A stretch of 64,000 nt of DNA from Oligoflexia bacterium (GTDB lineage: Bacteria > Bdellovibrionota > Bdellovibrionia > JABDDW01), in assembly GCA_043732305.1 (NCBI GenBank), contig JAYTHU010000062.1:32001-96000 (forward strand). Reading direction: 5' to 3'. Below the pieces are notes generated by a model. The model saw only the letters and a program-made list of their open reading frames with translations, made no database searches and was not told the DNA's origin. A program made the translations under genes and the position numbers. Numbering within the stretch: the stretch's first letter is position 1; each line of letters begins with the position of its first letter. Below are positions 50,529-61,145 of the stretch, piece by piece.

Positions 50529-52475
50529 ATGTTGGCTATTTTGGCACTGATGGCTGTTTTGTTCCCTCTCGTCTCATCCGCTCAAGAACAAGCTGACGTT
50601 AAAACCGACACCACCACAACTATCTCCGCACCTAGCGTGAATATTTATGATGACGTGCAGACCTATCCAGAAAAAGTCAGTTTGACACAATCTCCACTAG
50701 CACTTGATCTGGATTTCAATTTGCGAAAGCTGCCTGGCGCCTTAGTCACTCAATACGGTGGCCCAGGATCCACTTCTACAATCATCTCACCTATCGCCAC
50801 TGGTTCTGGTGGAACCATGGTTTCTATCGACGGGATTCCAGTTGTGGCACCGTTGGGACGCGGAACGGATTTGACTTATTTTCCACCCGCATTTTTTGGA
50901 CGTGTCGATTGGTACAGTCCATTTTATCCATGGGCTGAAGGGCGCATTGCTCCAGGCGGACGATTGGACATGATTTCTCGAACTCATGAGAAAAAAGACT
51001 CCACTGAAATTTTAGGTGAAGGACTTTATGGAACCGGACAAACCGCACAGGTTTCTAGTTTAGTAACGCACAATGGAAAAACAAATTCTTATGTTGTTGG
51101 TCTCACAGGATTTCGCACCGAAGGCACTTGGAATTATGTGAGTCCAGTCGACGGGAGTCAGCAGACGAGACAATTCGATGACAATAAATATTTGGGACTG
51201 CTACTTAAAGACGAATATAAATTCAGCGAAAAAAATCGCGTGCTTTTCTCAGGCTTGACACAAATTGGGCACCGCACCGAGCCTAACTCCATCGTAAATC
51301 AGGGTGGTCCTTCTCCAACATCCGCAGCAGATAGCCGGGACACTTTCTTTGGTCAAGCGGCAGTTAAATTTTCCAGTGATGATCTATGGATCGATAACAC
51401 GATTCAAGAATGGTCTTTGAGTCATTCAGCAGATCGTTCTTATTATTATGGCCTCACACTTTATAGCCCCCAGACTTTTCAGCCCACGGCCACAGGCGTT
51501 TCAGGATCAGAGAATGGGCAGGGAGATCTGTTTTCTTGGTCGGTGAAAGGAAAAAAGGTTCATGATTCTTTCTCGGCTCAGTTGGATGGCATGTATGAGA
51601 AAGTTGAAACTTATTATCCTCTCTACGCGGATCGTCAGACAGTTGGAATGACCTTGGCGTATGACGCCTTCAAAATTTCTAAGAAAGATTTTGTCATTCC
51701 TCGAGTTCGAGTGGAAGAAATTTCCGCCCAACAACAACAAGACCCACAGACTCAGGCTGATGGCAGCATCGGTTATATTCATGAATTCGAACCTGGCCAG
51801 CAGCTCTTTGCTTCGGCATCACTCCTACACAAAACTCCAAGCATGATCGCGCTCTACGGTTACTTGGAAGGTGGATTGCCTGTCACGGGAATGCCTACTC
51901 TTCCTGTTGAACGCACTGGCGTTTACAGCTTGGGTTATAACTTGGTTGAAAAAAATCACGGACTTTGGCTCAACACTTGGTACAGCCATCACAACAACAT
52001 GGCGCTCAGAACAACTAACAACTTTGGATTGGGAAACTTCATTCAGGTTTTGGACGCACAAACCTACGGCATCTCAGGTCAGTTCACTTGCCAGTTTTTA
52101 AATCACTGGGGAGCACTTTTTTCAGGTTCATATGAAAAAACGCGCAACAATGATCTCTCGACTGAACTCACGTTCAAACCTACCTACATCGGAAGTTCAA
52201 CTTTAAGTTATGAGATCGCCACAAAGACAAATATCAGCGTGGAAGATGTTTATGAAGGCACTAGATACTTCAGCGCTTCTAACTCGGGAAAATTCCCTAA
52301 CGGCAGCACTGAACCCATGAACTGGACAAATCTCAAATCTGATATTGCAGTGGGACCCGGTTCCGCCTACGTCAAAGTGGTAAATATTTTTAACGCTGCC
52401 GGTTTTGATAACCCTGGCTATCCTTACCCTGGAATCAGCTTCTGGGTTGGTTACTCATTCATGGGCGACATATGA
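50529..52475 (+). CDS. TonB-dependent receptor
   Basis: AGGAG SD at ATG 50529, signal peptide, plug (LRKLPG..GGPGS..VSIDGIP..GGRL), barrel ending NIFN..PG..FWVGYSF. Confidence 0.85.
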   Translation: MLAILALMAVLFPLVSSAQEQADVKTDTTTTISAPSVNIYDDVQTYPEKVSLTQSPLALDLDFNLRKLPGALVTQYGGPGSTSTIISPIATGSGGTMVSIDGIPVVAPLGRGTDLTYFPPAFFGRVDWYSPFYPWAEGRIAPGGRLDMISRTHEKKDSTEILGEGLYGTGQTAQVSSLVTHNGKTNSYVVGLTGFRTEGTWNYVSPVDGSQQTRQFDDNKYLGLLLKDEYKFSEKNRVLFSGLTQIGHRTEPNSIVNQGGPSPTSAADSRDTFFGQAAVKFSSDDLWIDNTIQEWSLSHSADRSYYYGLTLYSPQTFQPTATGVSGSENGQGDLFSWSVKGKKVHDSFSAQLDGMYEKVETYYPLYADRQTVGMTLAYDAFKISKKDFVIPRVRVEEISAQQQQDPQTQADGSIGYIHEFEPGQQLFASASLLHKTPSMIALYGYLEGGLPVTGMPTLPVERTGVYSLGYNLVEKNHGLWLNTWYSHHNNMALRTTNNFGLGNFIQVLDAQTYGISGQFTCQFLNHWGALFSGSYEKTRNNDLSTELTFKPTYIGSSTLSYEIATKTNISVEDVYEGTRYFSASNSGKFPNGSTEPMNWTNLKSDIAVGPGSAYVKVVNIFNAAGFDNPGYPYPGISFWVGYSFMGDI

Positions 52476-53194
52476 TCAAGCTCGCCATCTTTGACCTTGA
52501 TGGAACTCTTGTGGATTCCATTCAGGATCTGGCGATTTCTGCCAATCACGTTATCAAAAGTTATGACCGGGATGAAATTCCCTTAGACCATATCAGAGAT
52601 TTTATTGGCGATGGCGTGAGGCGCTTTGTTCAAGGCCTCGCGGGTGACCGACATGAAGATGAAGAATTTGTAGATAAGGTTCTCGGCGAATTCAATGCTC
52701 ACTATGAACATCAGCTTGTGAAGAACACTCGGTTTTATCCAGGAGCCGCAGAGTTTCTGACAAAGTTTTTGGAGCAGACGACCAATGCTGACTCCAACCT
52801 TCATATTCGACGCAAGATGGGAGTCGTGACCAATAAAGGGGAACGCCAAGCCCGAATTATATTGGATCACCTTGTGCCCTCGCTCGGATTGGGTGATGCG
52901 AAGAATCTGTTTGTGGAAATTTATGGCGGCGATACCTTTGATGTGAAGAAACCTGATCCCAAACCTTTACTAAAAATGATGGAAAAAGCCGGCGTCACAC
53001 CCGATGAGACTATAATGATCGGAGATTCAAGACAGGATCTCGAAGCGGCCCGCAATGCAGGCACGCACTTTCTTGCGGTGAGTTTTGGTTACAACACAGT
53101 CGACGTGTTAAAAGGTTATGGAGCCAGTCGCTTTTTTAACCACTTCGATGAGCTTTTAGAGCTGATCGAAAAGTACCCTGACGCCAAACCTTGA
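52472..53194 (+). CDS. HAD phosphatase (phosphoglycolate phosphatase-like)
   Basis: FDLDGTLVDS, VVTNK, KKPDP, MIGDS. Confidence 0.92.
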   Translation: MIKLAIFDLDGTLVDSIQDLAISANHVIKSYDRDEIPLDHIRDFIGDGVRRFVQGLAGDRHEDEEFVDKVLGEFNAHYEHQLVKNTRFYPGAAEFLTKFLEQTTNADSNLHIRRKMGVVTNKGERQARIILDHLVPSLGLGDAKNLFVEIYGGDTFDVKKPDPKPLLKMMEKAGVTPDETIMIGDSRQDLEAARNAGTHFLAVSFGYNTVDVLKGYGASRFFNHFDELLELIEKYPDAKP

Positions 53195-53245
53195 CGCATC
53201 GGCACTTCACCGCAAAAATCCAATCGCTAGCCGAACATCTTTTCT

Positions 53246-53274
53246 TTGACATTTCCGAGTGCCTCAACTAATTA
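53246..53274 (+). promoter_or_regulatory. Putative sigma-70 promoter of ABC operon
   Basis: TTGACA-N17-TAATTA. Confidence 0.45.
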
Positions 53275-53315
53275 TTTGAGGGGGTTCTACCACTCACTAT
53301 CAAGAGGACAAAAAC

Positions 53316-55106
53316 ATGATGTCGAAAGAAAGCTTAAGGCTTATTCCCGTATTTTTGGTCGCCACGATTCTGATTCTTGTTGGTTGCACTAAAAAAGAGA
53401 ATGCAGAGTACACTGGCTACACTCGCGAAGTTATAAAAACTAACATCAAGGGAATGGACCCAGTCATTTCCAGCGATTTATATAGTGGAATTGTAATGGG
53501 CCAAATTTATTCCACTTTGATGCAATACAATTATTTGAAACGCCCTACTGTTGCAGAACCTTGCGATGCCGATGGATTGCCACTGATTTCTAAAGATTTA
53601 AAAACTTATACTTTCAAAATTAAAAAAGGCATTTTGTTTCACGACAGTCCCGCGTTCAAAGACAACGGTGGAAAAGGCCGTGAGTTGACCGCAGAAGATT
53701 ATATTTACTCTTGGAAACGTCTTGCAGATCCAGCTACCCACTCCGATGGCTTTTGGATTTTCGAAGGCAAAGTCAAAGGTTTCAAAGAATGGCAAGACCA
53801 AGCTGTCAAAGCTGGAAAAGCTGATTATTCCAAACCTGTTCCTGGTCTGACTGCTTTAGATAAATACACATTAAAAATTGAACTTGAAAAACCTTTCCCT
53901 CAGATGACTTATGTTTTGACGATGGTCACTGCGGGTGCCGTTCCGCATGAAGCTGTTGATTTCTACGGGCAGGAATTTCAGAATCATCCCGTAGGCTCAG
54001 GTCCTTACCAATTCAAAAGTTGGGTGAGAAACTCACAAATCATTTTGAGTAAATTTGCTGGCTATAGAGAAGAGCTCTACCCTTCCGAAGGAGAATCTTC
54101 TGACAAGGCCGCCGGTTTACTTGAAGATGCTGGAAAAAAATTGCCTTTGAATGACGGAGTGATCTTCAGTGAAATCGTGGAAGATCAGCCTCGCTGGCTA
54201 GGTTTCCGCAAAGGTGAATTTGATTGGGTCGAAATTCCCAAAGATAATTATGATTCTGCAGTTAAAAACGATGCCATTGATCCTGAGTTGGCTAAACAAG
54301 GTGTGAGACTCCAAAAGTATGTTGATCCCGATTTGACTTTCGATAGTTTCAATATGGATGACGCCGTTGTCGGCGGCGCGAAGAATAAATTTTTGCGTCA
54401 GGCCCTGAGCCTTGCGATTGATCCTGCAGACATGATCAGAACATTTTACAGCGGCCACGCGGTTTCCGCTCAAGGCCCAATCCCACCCACTGTTGTAGGT
54501 TACAATCCTAGTTTGAAAAATCCTTACAAGGGTCCAAATATTGAGAAGGCTGAAGAAATTCTAAAAAAAGCGGGCCATCCTCACGGCGAAGGTATTCCTG
54601 AAATTCAATATGAAATTTACTCCGGCTCCACTGCTCGCCAAATCGTAGAATATTTCCAACAGCGCGCGGCTCTCATTGGTGTGAAAGTTAAAATCAACGT
54701 CAACACCTGGCCCGAATTTTTAGCTAAACAGAAGAAGAGAAAATGTCAGTTGTTCGGAATGGCTTGGTCTGCGGATTACCCTGATGGAGAAAATTTTCTC
54801 CAATTGTTTTACGGTCCTAACGCGAGCCCCGGACCTAACAGTTCAAATTACAATAATCCAGAATTTAATAAACTCTACGATCAAGCTTCCGTCATGCTGG
54901 ATAGCCCCGTTCGCAACGTCATTTATCAGAAAATGGTAAGCCTTGTTATTGAAGACAGCCCTTGGATTTTTGACACTCACCGTATGACATACACACTGAC
55001 AAACGGTTGGCTTCATAATCACAAACGCAATGTCATGATGCTTAATTACAGCAAATACTATCGAATAGATAAAGACGCGAAAGCGCAGTTGAAAAAGAAA
55101 CTTTAA
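53316..55106 (+). CDS. Peptide ABC transporter substrate-binding lipoprotein (SBP family 5)
   Basis: Lipobox LVGC, PVGSGPY, LRQALSLAID, W.ADYPD. Confidence 0.93.
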   Translation: MMSKESLRLIPVFLVATILILVGCTKKENAEYTGYTREVIKTNIKGMDPVISSDLYSGIVMGQIYSTLMQYNYLKRPTVAEPCDADGLPLISKDLKTYTFKIKKGILFHDSPAFKDNGGKGRELTAEDYIYSWKRLADPATHSDGFWIFEGKVKGFKEWQDQAVKAGKADYSKPVPGLTALDKYTLKIELEKPFPQMTYVLTMVTAGAVPHEAVDFYGQEFQNHPVGSGPYQFKSWVRNSQIILSKFAGYREELYPSEGESSDKAAGLLEDAGKKLPLNDGVIFSEIVEDQPRWLGFRKGEFDWVEIPKDNYDSAVKNDAIDPELAKQGVRLQKYVDPDLTFDSFNMDDAVVGGAKNKFLRQALSLAIDPADMIRTFYSGHAVSAQGPIPPTVVGYNPSLKNPYKGPNIEKAEEILKKAGHPHGEGIPEIQYEIYSGSTARQIVEYFQQRAALIGVKVKINVNTWPEFLAKQKKRKCQLFGMAWSADYPDGENFLQLFYGPNASPGPNSSNYNNPEFNKLYDQASVMLDSPVRNVIYQKMVSLVIEDSPWIFDTHRMTYTLTNGWLHNHKRNVMMLNYSKYYRIDKDAKAQLKKKL

Positions 55107-56041
55107 TGATTCTTTATATACTGAAGCGCATTGTCTCCATTGTTCCCGTGGTATTTGGAGTCACGCTGATCACGTTCTTACTTTTTAACGTGGTTGGCGG
55201 AGATCCTGTTTATCAACGCATGGGGAAACACGGTTCTGAAAATGAAATCGTGATTCTTCGCCATGAGATGGGTTTAGATCGATCACTTCCACAGCAATAT
55301 CTTTTTTATCTCAAGCAATGTGGAACTTTAGATTTCGGTCGCAGCTGGGCCACTAACCAAAAAATTTCTGACATGATTGATAACGGAATTGGCGCGAGTC
55401 TCAGCCTGAGCATTCCTGCATTCAGTATCACTGTGTTTATTTCAATATTGATTTCCATCCTTGCGGCATTCTATCGCAACACGTCATTCGATCGGTTTTT
55501 GCAAGTGGCCTGCTTGGCAGGAATCAGTATTAGTTCGCTCGTCTACATTATTGCGGGCCAATATTTTCTAAGCTATCTCGGAGGCTGGTTCCCAATCTCC
55601 GGTTACGATCCCAGTTGGGATGGCAGATGGCAGTACTTGATTCTGCCAATCATCATTTGGTTGCTTGTCAGCGTTGGTAACGAAGTTTTGCTTTATCGCA
55701 CCGCAATCTTAGACGAAATCTTTCAAGATTATGTCCGTACCGCACGCGCCAAAGGTTTGTCTGAAAAATTAGTTTTACTTAAACACGTCTTGAAAAATTC
55801 GCTAGTGCCAATCATCACCAGCGTCATTATTGAAATTCCATTCTTATTCACCGGAGCACTTTTGCTTGAAGCTTTTTTCAGCATTCCTGGGTTAGGTGGA
55901 ATGGTTGTTCAGGCGATTTCCAATTCGGATTTCCCGGTGATCAAGGCCATGACTTTTATAAGTTCGATTTTGTATGTTTTGTTTAACCTCATTTCTGACA
56001 TTTGTTATGCGCTGGTTGATCCGCGCATAAAATTGGAGTAG
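55106..56041 (+). CDS. Peptide ABC permease (OppB/DppB-like)
   Basis: DFGRS, DYVRTARAKGL, DPRI. Confidence 0.95.
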   Translation: MILYILKRIVSIVPVVFGVTLITFLLFNVVGGDPVYQRMGKHGSENEIVILRHEMGLDRSLPQQYLFYLKQCGTLDFGRSWATNQKISDMIDNGIGASLSLSIPAFSITVFISILISILAAFYRNTSFDRFLQVACLAGISISSLVYIIAGQYFLSYLGGWFPISGYDPSWDGRWQYLILPIIIWLLVSVGNEVLLYRTAILDEIFQDYVRTARAKGLSEKLVLLKHVLKNSLVPIITSVIIEIPFLFTGALLLEAFFSIPGLGGMVVQAISNSDFPVIKAMTFISSILYVLFNLISDICYALVDPRIKLE

Positions 56042-56043
56042 CC

Positions 56044-56931
56044 GTGGCAATCGAAAATACGCCCCTCACTCCTCAAACTGAAGGTGTGAGTTTGTGGAAA
56101 GATGCTGTCCGCAGATTTAAACGAGATAAATTTGCAGTTCTTTGCTTTCTTATAATTGTTCTGTATTCGCTTGTGGCACTGCTCACTTGGTTTGGACTTA
56201 TCGGCTCTGACTACATGGTGACGGGACCTCACAGTTATCAAGCACCTTCCACTCAACATTGGTTTGGAACTGATATATTTGGCCGTGATGTTTTTGCTCG
56301 CACGCTTCACGGCACTCGCATTGCTTTGTCTATTGGTATCGTCACTTCACTCATTGCTATTCCCATCGGCGTGACATTGGGAGCATTGGCAGGGTATTTC
56401 GGCGGCATCATTGACGAAGTGATCGTGTGGTTCTACACAACGATGGAAAGTATTCCTGACATTTTCAAAATCATTTCTATCAGCTTTATTATCGGACGTG
56501 GACTCCGGAGCGTTTACATTGTTTTAGGTGTGACCACTTGGGTTAGTCTTTGCCGACTTATTCGCGCGGAATTTTTAAAACACAAAAATCGAGATTACGT
56601 ACAAGCTGCAAATGCGCTTGGTGCAAGTCACAAGCGTCGCATGTTTATTCACATTTTGCCCAATGTGTTTCACATCATTTTGATTAACTTCAGCATGCGT
56701 TTTGTCACGGCTATTAAAACCGAAGTTATTCTTAGTTACTTGGGTCTTGGCGTTGAGCCTGGCCAACCTAGTTGGGGCATCATGATTGACGATGCTAAAC
56801 TTGAACTTGCTCGCGGCGTTTGGTGGCAGCTCGCTGCCGCCACGGCATTTATGTTCTTCCTGGTTTTGGCATTTTACATTTTCACCGAATCTCTTCGAGA
56901 AGCTTTAGATCCTAAAATGAGGAATCAATGA
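56044..56931 (+). CDS. Peptide ABC permease (OppC/DppC-like)
   Basis: HWFGTDIFGRD, YVQAANALGA, HILPN, PSWG. Confidence 0.95.
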   Translation: MAIENTPLTPQTEGVSLWKDAVRRFKRDKFAVLCFLIIVLYSLVALLTWFGLIGSDYMVTGPHSYQAPSTQHWFGTDIFGRDVFARTLHGTRIALSIGIVTSLIAIPIGVTLGALAGYFGGIIDEVIVWFYTTMESIPDIFKIISISFIIGRGLRSVYIVLGVTTWVSLCRLIRAEFLKHKNRDYVQAANALGASHKRRMFIHILPNVFHIILINFSMRFVTAIKTEVILSYLGLGVEPGQPSWGIMIDDAKLELARGVWWQLAAATAFMFFLVLAFYIFTESLREALDPKMRNQ

Positions 56932-57848
56932 TTTCGGAGACCGAACTCACTTTAGGACAAGCTTTGGTTGCGGCAAATCTTATGTCAGCCAAGGACCTAG
57001 ACGCGGCTGTTCGCGATGTGGAAAGCGAAAAAACTTCCAATCTCATCATCCAGCTTCTAAAAAAAGAATTCCTAAGTTTTAAAATATTCCAAAAATTTCT
57101 CACGCAGAATTATAAAATGCGGACCACTATTTTAGCAGAGAGAGAAATCCCTTTGGATTTGGCTGAAAAAATTGGCTGGGAAATGATTGAGAGTCGTCAC
57201 ATCTTGCCGATCATGATGAAAACTGTGGAGAACTCTCAGAAGCTTGCTGTCGGTATGGTAAATCCATTAGACGAAGCAACTATTACGGAAGTACAAAATA
57301 TAACCGGTGCAGAAATCACACCGTTGCTCGTTTCACTTTCTGATTTTCAAGAAGCTTATGCAAAATCTCAAGCTCGCATGAACACGACAAAAATGGGAAA
57401 TCACACGGCCATTGCAACATATGAAGAGCAGCTGCACCGCTTAGAGCTTCTGAACAATGCCCATGAGGTGATCTCAAAAGAGGGCGGCGTGCTCCAAACC
57501 CCACACGCTGCCCTGCCCACTATTCGTCCAATCCAGCCGGCGCCTGTGCCAATGACGGAATATTTTGCCGGCAATGTGAAAAAATTCAAAGAAGAAGTGA
57601 TCGTCAAACTTGAGCTAGATAACTTCGAAGCTTCAGCTTTAGAAAAAGAAAGTTATAATGCGGGTGAATTGTTTGATGAATTGAATAAAATGAAGAAATC
57701 AACTCTCGAAAGAAATTTTGAGACCCTCGATGCAAATGCTAAATTCAATGCTTTGGCGAATAGTTTAATTCGGCAAGGACTAGTGGGTAAACTTGATATT
57801 CTGGTGGCGGGATCCGTCGCCCGAGTTTTTGGAGAAACTAAAAATTGA
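56928..57848 (+). CDS. MshEN / T2SSE_N-domain protein without ATPase domain
   Basis: [46 protein letters not shown]. Confidence 0.7.
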   Translation: MISETELTLGQALVAANLMSAKDLDAAVRDVESEKTSNLIIQLLKKEFLSFKIFQKFLTQNYKMRTTILAEREIPLDLAEKIGWEMIESRHILPIMMKTVENSQKLAVGMVNPLDEATITEVQNITGAEITPLLVSLSDFQEAYAKSQARMNTTKMGNHTAIATYEEQLHRLELLNNAHEVISKEGGVLQTPHAALPTIRPIQPAPVPMTEYFAGNVKKFKEEVIVKLELDNFEASALEKESYNAGELFDELNKMKKSTLERNFETLDANAKFNALANSLIRQGLVGKLDILVAGSVARVFGETKN

Positions 57849-58855
57849 AAACAATAATTGAAGTCAAAAACCTCGTGACATCTTTCAAAACCGGCGAAGG
57901 TGATTTCAACGCTGTCGACAATATTAGTTTTAAAGTCGAAGAGGGTCGCACTTTAGGAATTGTCGGTGAATCTGGTTGCGGGAAATCCGTCACATCACTT
58001 TCCATCATGCGCTTGATTCCGAGTCCCCCAGGAACAATCAAAAGCGGGGAAATTTTATTTCGCGGTAAAAATCTGCTCACTCTTTCAAACGAAGAGATGA
58101 GAAACATTCGCGGAAATAAAATCGGAATGATTTTTCAAGAACCCATGACTTCTTTGAACCCCGTGTTTACTGTGGGCAATCAAATAGAAGAAGCGATCAG
58201 ACTTCACCAAAGAGAATTAACAAAAAAAGAAGTACGCACACGCGCCATCGAAATGCTCACTTTGGTGGGTATCCCCAGTCCGGAAAAGCGGATAAACGAT
58301 TATCCTCACCAACTTTCTGGTGGGATGAGACAACGCGTGATGATCGCAATGTCTCTGAGTTGCCATCCTGATTTGTTGATTGCCGATGAACCGACAACAG
58401 CTCTTGATGTCACAATCCAGGCGCAAATTTTAGATTTAATTAAAAAACTTCAAAAAGAATTCAATACGGCCATGATACTCATCACCCATGATCTTGGCGT
58501 GGTTGCAGAAACTTGCAATGACGTGGCAGTGATGTATGCCGGAAAAATTATTGAGCAAGGAACCGCCGAACAAATTTTTGAGGCGCCGAGACACCCTTAC
58601 ACAAAGGGTCTGCTCAATTCAGTCCCGCATTTTGAAACAGGACAGCGAAAGAAACGTCTAGAAACAATTCCAGGAATTGTACCAAGCCTTTCACAACTTC
58701 CCAAGGGTTGCCGCTTTCGCGATCGGTGTACTCGCGCCATTGATATTTGTGCCACCAAACATCCAGAACTAGAAATTTTAAGTGATCATTTGGTTGCTTG
58801 CTACAATCCCGTTCCGCTAGGTGCTGCTCACGTGGGAGATTCAAAAAATGTCTGA
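57845..58855 (+). CDS. Peptide ABC ATPase (OppD/DppD-like)
   Basis: [27 protein letters not shown]. Confidence 0.96.
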   Translation: MKTIIEVKNLVTSFKTGEGDFNAVDNISFKVEEGRTLGIVGESGCGKSVTSLSIMRLIPSPPGTIKSGEILFRGKNLLTLSNEEMRNIRGNKIGMIFQEPMTSLNPVFTVGNQIEEAIRLHQRELTKKEVRTRAIEMLTLVGIPSPEKRINDYPHQLSGGMRQRVMIAMSLSCHPDLLIADEPTTALDVTIQAQILDLIKKLQKEFNTAMILITHDLGVVAETCNDVAVMYAGKIIEQGTAEQIFEAPRHPYTKGLLNSVPHFETGQRKKRLETIPGIVPSLSQLPKGCRFRDRCTRAIDICATKHPELEILSDHLVACYNPVPLGAAHVGDSKNV

Positions 58856-59864
58856 CCAAAATGAAACACCCCTTCTCGAAATTAAAAATCTCTATAAGAA
58901 ATTTCCTATCAAAGGCGGATTTTTTGGTCGAGAAATCGCCGCCGTTCAAGCCGTGAGCAATGTTAGTCTCGCAATTAAAAGAGGCGAGACCTTGGGTCTT
59001 GTTGGAGAATCCGGTTGCGGAAAGTCCACTCTTGGCCGATGCGTGATCAGACTTCTTGAACCCACCAGCGGACAGATTATTTATAACGGTAAAGACATTA
59101 CTGATTTAAAAGGCGAAGCACTCAGAACTTTACGTCGAAAGATGCAAATCATTTTCCAAGATCCCTACGCGAGCTTAAATCCGCGCATGAATATTGGAAA
59201 AATCATTGAAGAACCTTTGCTCATTCATAAAATCGGCGCCAATCGCAAAGAGCGAATGGAGCGAGTGCAACAATTATTAGAATTGGTTGGATTGAGAAAA
59301 GAAGCGGTTCACCGCTACCCGCATGAATTCAGTGGTGGTCAACGTCAGCGGATTGGAATTGCTCGTGCACTTGCTGTCGAACCAGAACTCATTGTTTGCG
59401 ATGAACCTGTTTCTGCACTCGATGTTTCTATCCAAGCGCAAGTTATTAATTTACTCATGGATCTCCAACAGAAGTTGGGTCTCACCTATTTATTTATTGC
59501 GCATGATTTGAAAGTGGTCGAACACATCAGTAATCGCGTGGCGGTGATGTATCTCGGTCGCGTGGTGGAACTTGCTGAGGCTGATGAACTTTATAAAAAT
59601 CCGCAGCATCCCTACACTCAAGCTTTGCTTTCCGCCATTCCAGTGCCTCGAGTTCCCAAACCTGGCGACAAAAAAACGCGGATCATTCTTCAAGGCGATG
59701 TTCCAAGTCCCGTCAATCCACCCAGTGGCTGTCACTTCAACCCACGCTGCCCGATAGTTGGTCCACAGTGCAAGGTTGAAGACCCAAAACTTCTCTACAC
59801 TCGCGATGGCATAGACCATCTCGCACGCTGTTTAAAAGTTCCGTCTGCCGAACCACAGCCGTAA
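58848..59864 (+). CDS. Peptide ABC ATPase (OppF/DppF-like)
   Basis: [41 protein letters not shown] before ATG 58848. Confidence 0.96.
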   Translation: MSDQNETPLLEIKNLYKKFPIKGGFFGREIAAVQAVSNVSLAIKRGETLGLVGESGCGKSTLGRCVIRLLEPTSGQIIYNGKDITDLKGEALRTLRRKMQIIFQDPYASLNPRMNIGKIIEEPLLIHKIGANRKERMERVQQLLELVGLRKEAVHRYPHEFSGGQRQRIGIARALAVEPELIVCDEPVSALDVSIQAQVINLLMDLQQKLGLTYLFIAHDLKVVEHISNRVAVMYLGRVVELAEADELYKNPQHPYTQALLSAIPVPRVPKPGDKKTRIILQGDVPSPVNPPSGCHFNPRCPIVGPQCKVEDPKLLYTRDGIDHLARCLKVPSAEPQP

Positions 59865-59893
59865 CTATCTGATATCCCATCTATTTTTATGCA

Positions 59894-59922
59894 TTGCGAC
59901 AGTAAGTCAAATGTCGTATAAT
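59894..59922 (+). promoter_or_regulatory. Sigma-70 promoter with embedded inverted repeat (putative operator)
   Basis: TTGCGA-N17-TATAAT; CGACA-N10-TGTCG overlaps -35 and spacer. Confidence 0.65.
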
Positions 59923-59941
59923 AAGGTCAGAGGTTAAGTGA

Positions 59942-60466
59942 ATGAAGACTTTGACTAAAGAAAAAATGCTTGATGCATTGAAGCGTCTTTCGCAACTGCT
60001 TCCAATTCCAACAACATTAATTGTTGGCGGCGGTGGCGCAATGCTTCTGGCTCATGATTTTCCTTTGGCTACAGCTGACATAGATGCGATTCCACGGGGA
60101 ATAACCGTCGAAGAGCTGGATGTGTATGTGAAAAAAATTGCGACGGAGAAAGATCTTCCCGGGGATTGGTTGAACCCTTATTTCTCTAGTTTCACCCATG
60201 TTCTGCCGGACGATTTTGAAACAAGAACAATTAGCGTATTTGAAGGCGGAAAACTAACGGTAAAGTCACTGGGCAAAGAAGACTTACTTATCATGAAGTG
60301 TTTTGCCCACCGAAGAAAAGACATTCCCCATGCTCGAGCGCTCATTCGCAAAAAAGCAGATCTAAAAATCGTTTCTAAGCAGATCGAAAAATTAGAAACT
60401 AACAAAACTCCAGGAACCGCGGAGGCCTTTGATTTTTTGGACGAAGTGATAGCACTTGAAGAATAG
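59942..60466 (+). CDS. Pol-beta-superfamily nucleotidyltransferase (DUF6036/AbiEii-like)
   Basis: IVGGGAM...T.DIDA, LPGDWLN, LLIMK..A.R.KD. Confidence 0.75.
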   Translation: MKTLTKEKMLDALKRLSQLLPIPTTLIVGGGGAMLLAHDFPLATADIDAIPRGITVEELDVYVKKIATEKDLPGDWLNPYFSSFTHVLPDDFETRTISVFEGGKLTVKSLGKEDLLIMKCFAHRRKDIPHARALIRKKADLKIVSKQIEKLETNKTPGTAEAFDFLDEVIALEE

Positions 60467-61145
60467 CCTTAAAAAAATTCCCACGATCAAACAGCGAGCT
60501 AAAGTTTATGATATTTTACTATGGTCAAAAGAAAGTATCTCCTCTGATAAATTGATACTCTACTCTCAGTGGGTGCGATTTGATTCTCGTCTAGGGGAAA
60601 TTATAGTAAATTACATTTTTGAAAAGTTTATGAAGTACAATCCCCTGGAGCTCCGCAAGTTTTTAACCTCCAGCCCCTGGCCACAAGTATTCTTGGTGAT
60701 CTGCGAATTCAGTGAACACCAAATGGAAATCGTAAAAGATTCTAGGTTACAAGAATTTAAGGCGTGGTTTGAAGCAGTGAAGTTTGGATTTGCAAAAATA
60801 GAATTTCAAAATTTCTTTATTGGACTTGATCAAATAAATCCTTCTCAACTTCAAAAAAAAATGAAAAAGAGCCTCCGTTACTACGAACGCTGGGGTTTTT
60901 GGGGAACGGAGAACTTAATACCTTCACCGAAAAATAAATTACCTAGAAGCTTGATAGGCAAAAACTTAAGAATCCAAGTTTTGACTCAACTTCTCTCTCA
61001 TAAAAATAAAATTACCGTCACCGATTATATTCGCGCGCTGAGTGGCGCAGTCCATCCTAGGCAGGCAGAACGAGACCTCAAAGATTATCCTGGAATTAGA
61101 AAAACCGGATTCACCCGTTCTAGATTTTATTTCCTAAAATTTTAG
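60456..61145 (+). CDS. Hypothetical protein with C-terminal winged-HTH; partner of nucleotidyltransferase
   Basis: Overlaps upstream gene by 11 nt; ITVTDY..RQAERDL..IRKTG.TR.R.Y. Confidence 0.6.
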   Translation: MKNSLKKIPTIKQRAKVYDILLWSKESISSDKLILYSQWVRFDSRLGEIIVNYIFEKFMKYNPLELRKFLTSSPWPQVFLVICEFSEHQMEIVKDSRLQEFKAWFEAVKFGFAKIEFQNFFIGLDQINPSQLQKKMKKSLRYYERWGFWGTENLIPSPKNKLPRSLIGKNLRIQVLTQLLSHKNKITVTDYIRALSGAVHPRQAERDLKDYPGIRKTGFTRSRFYFLKF

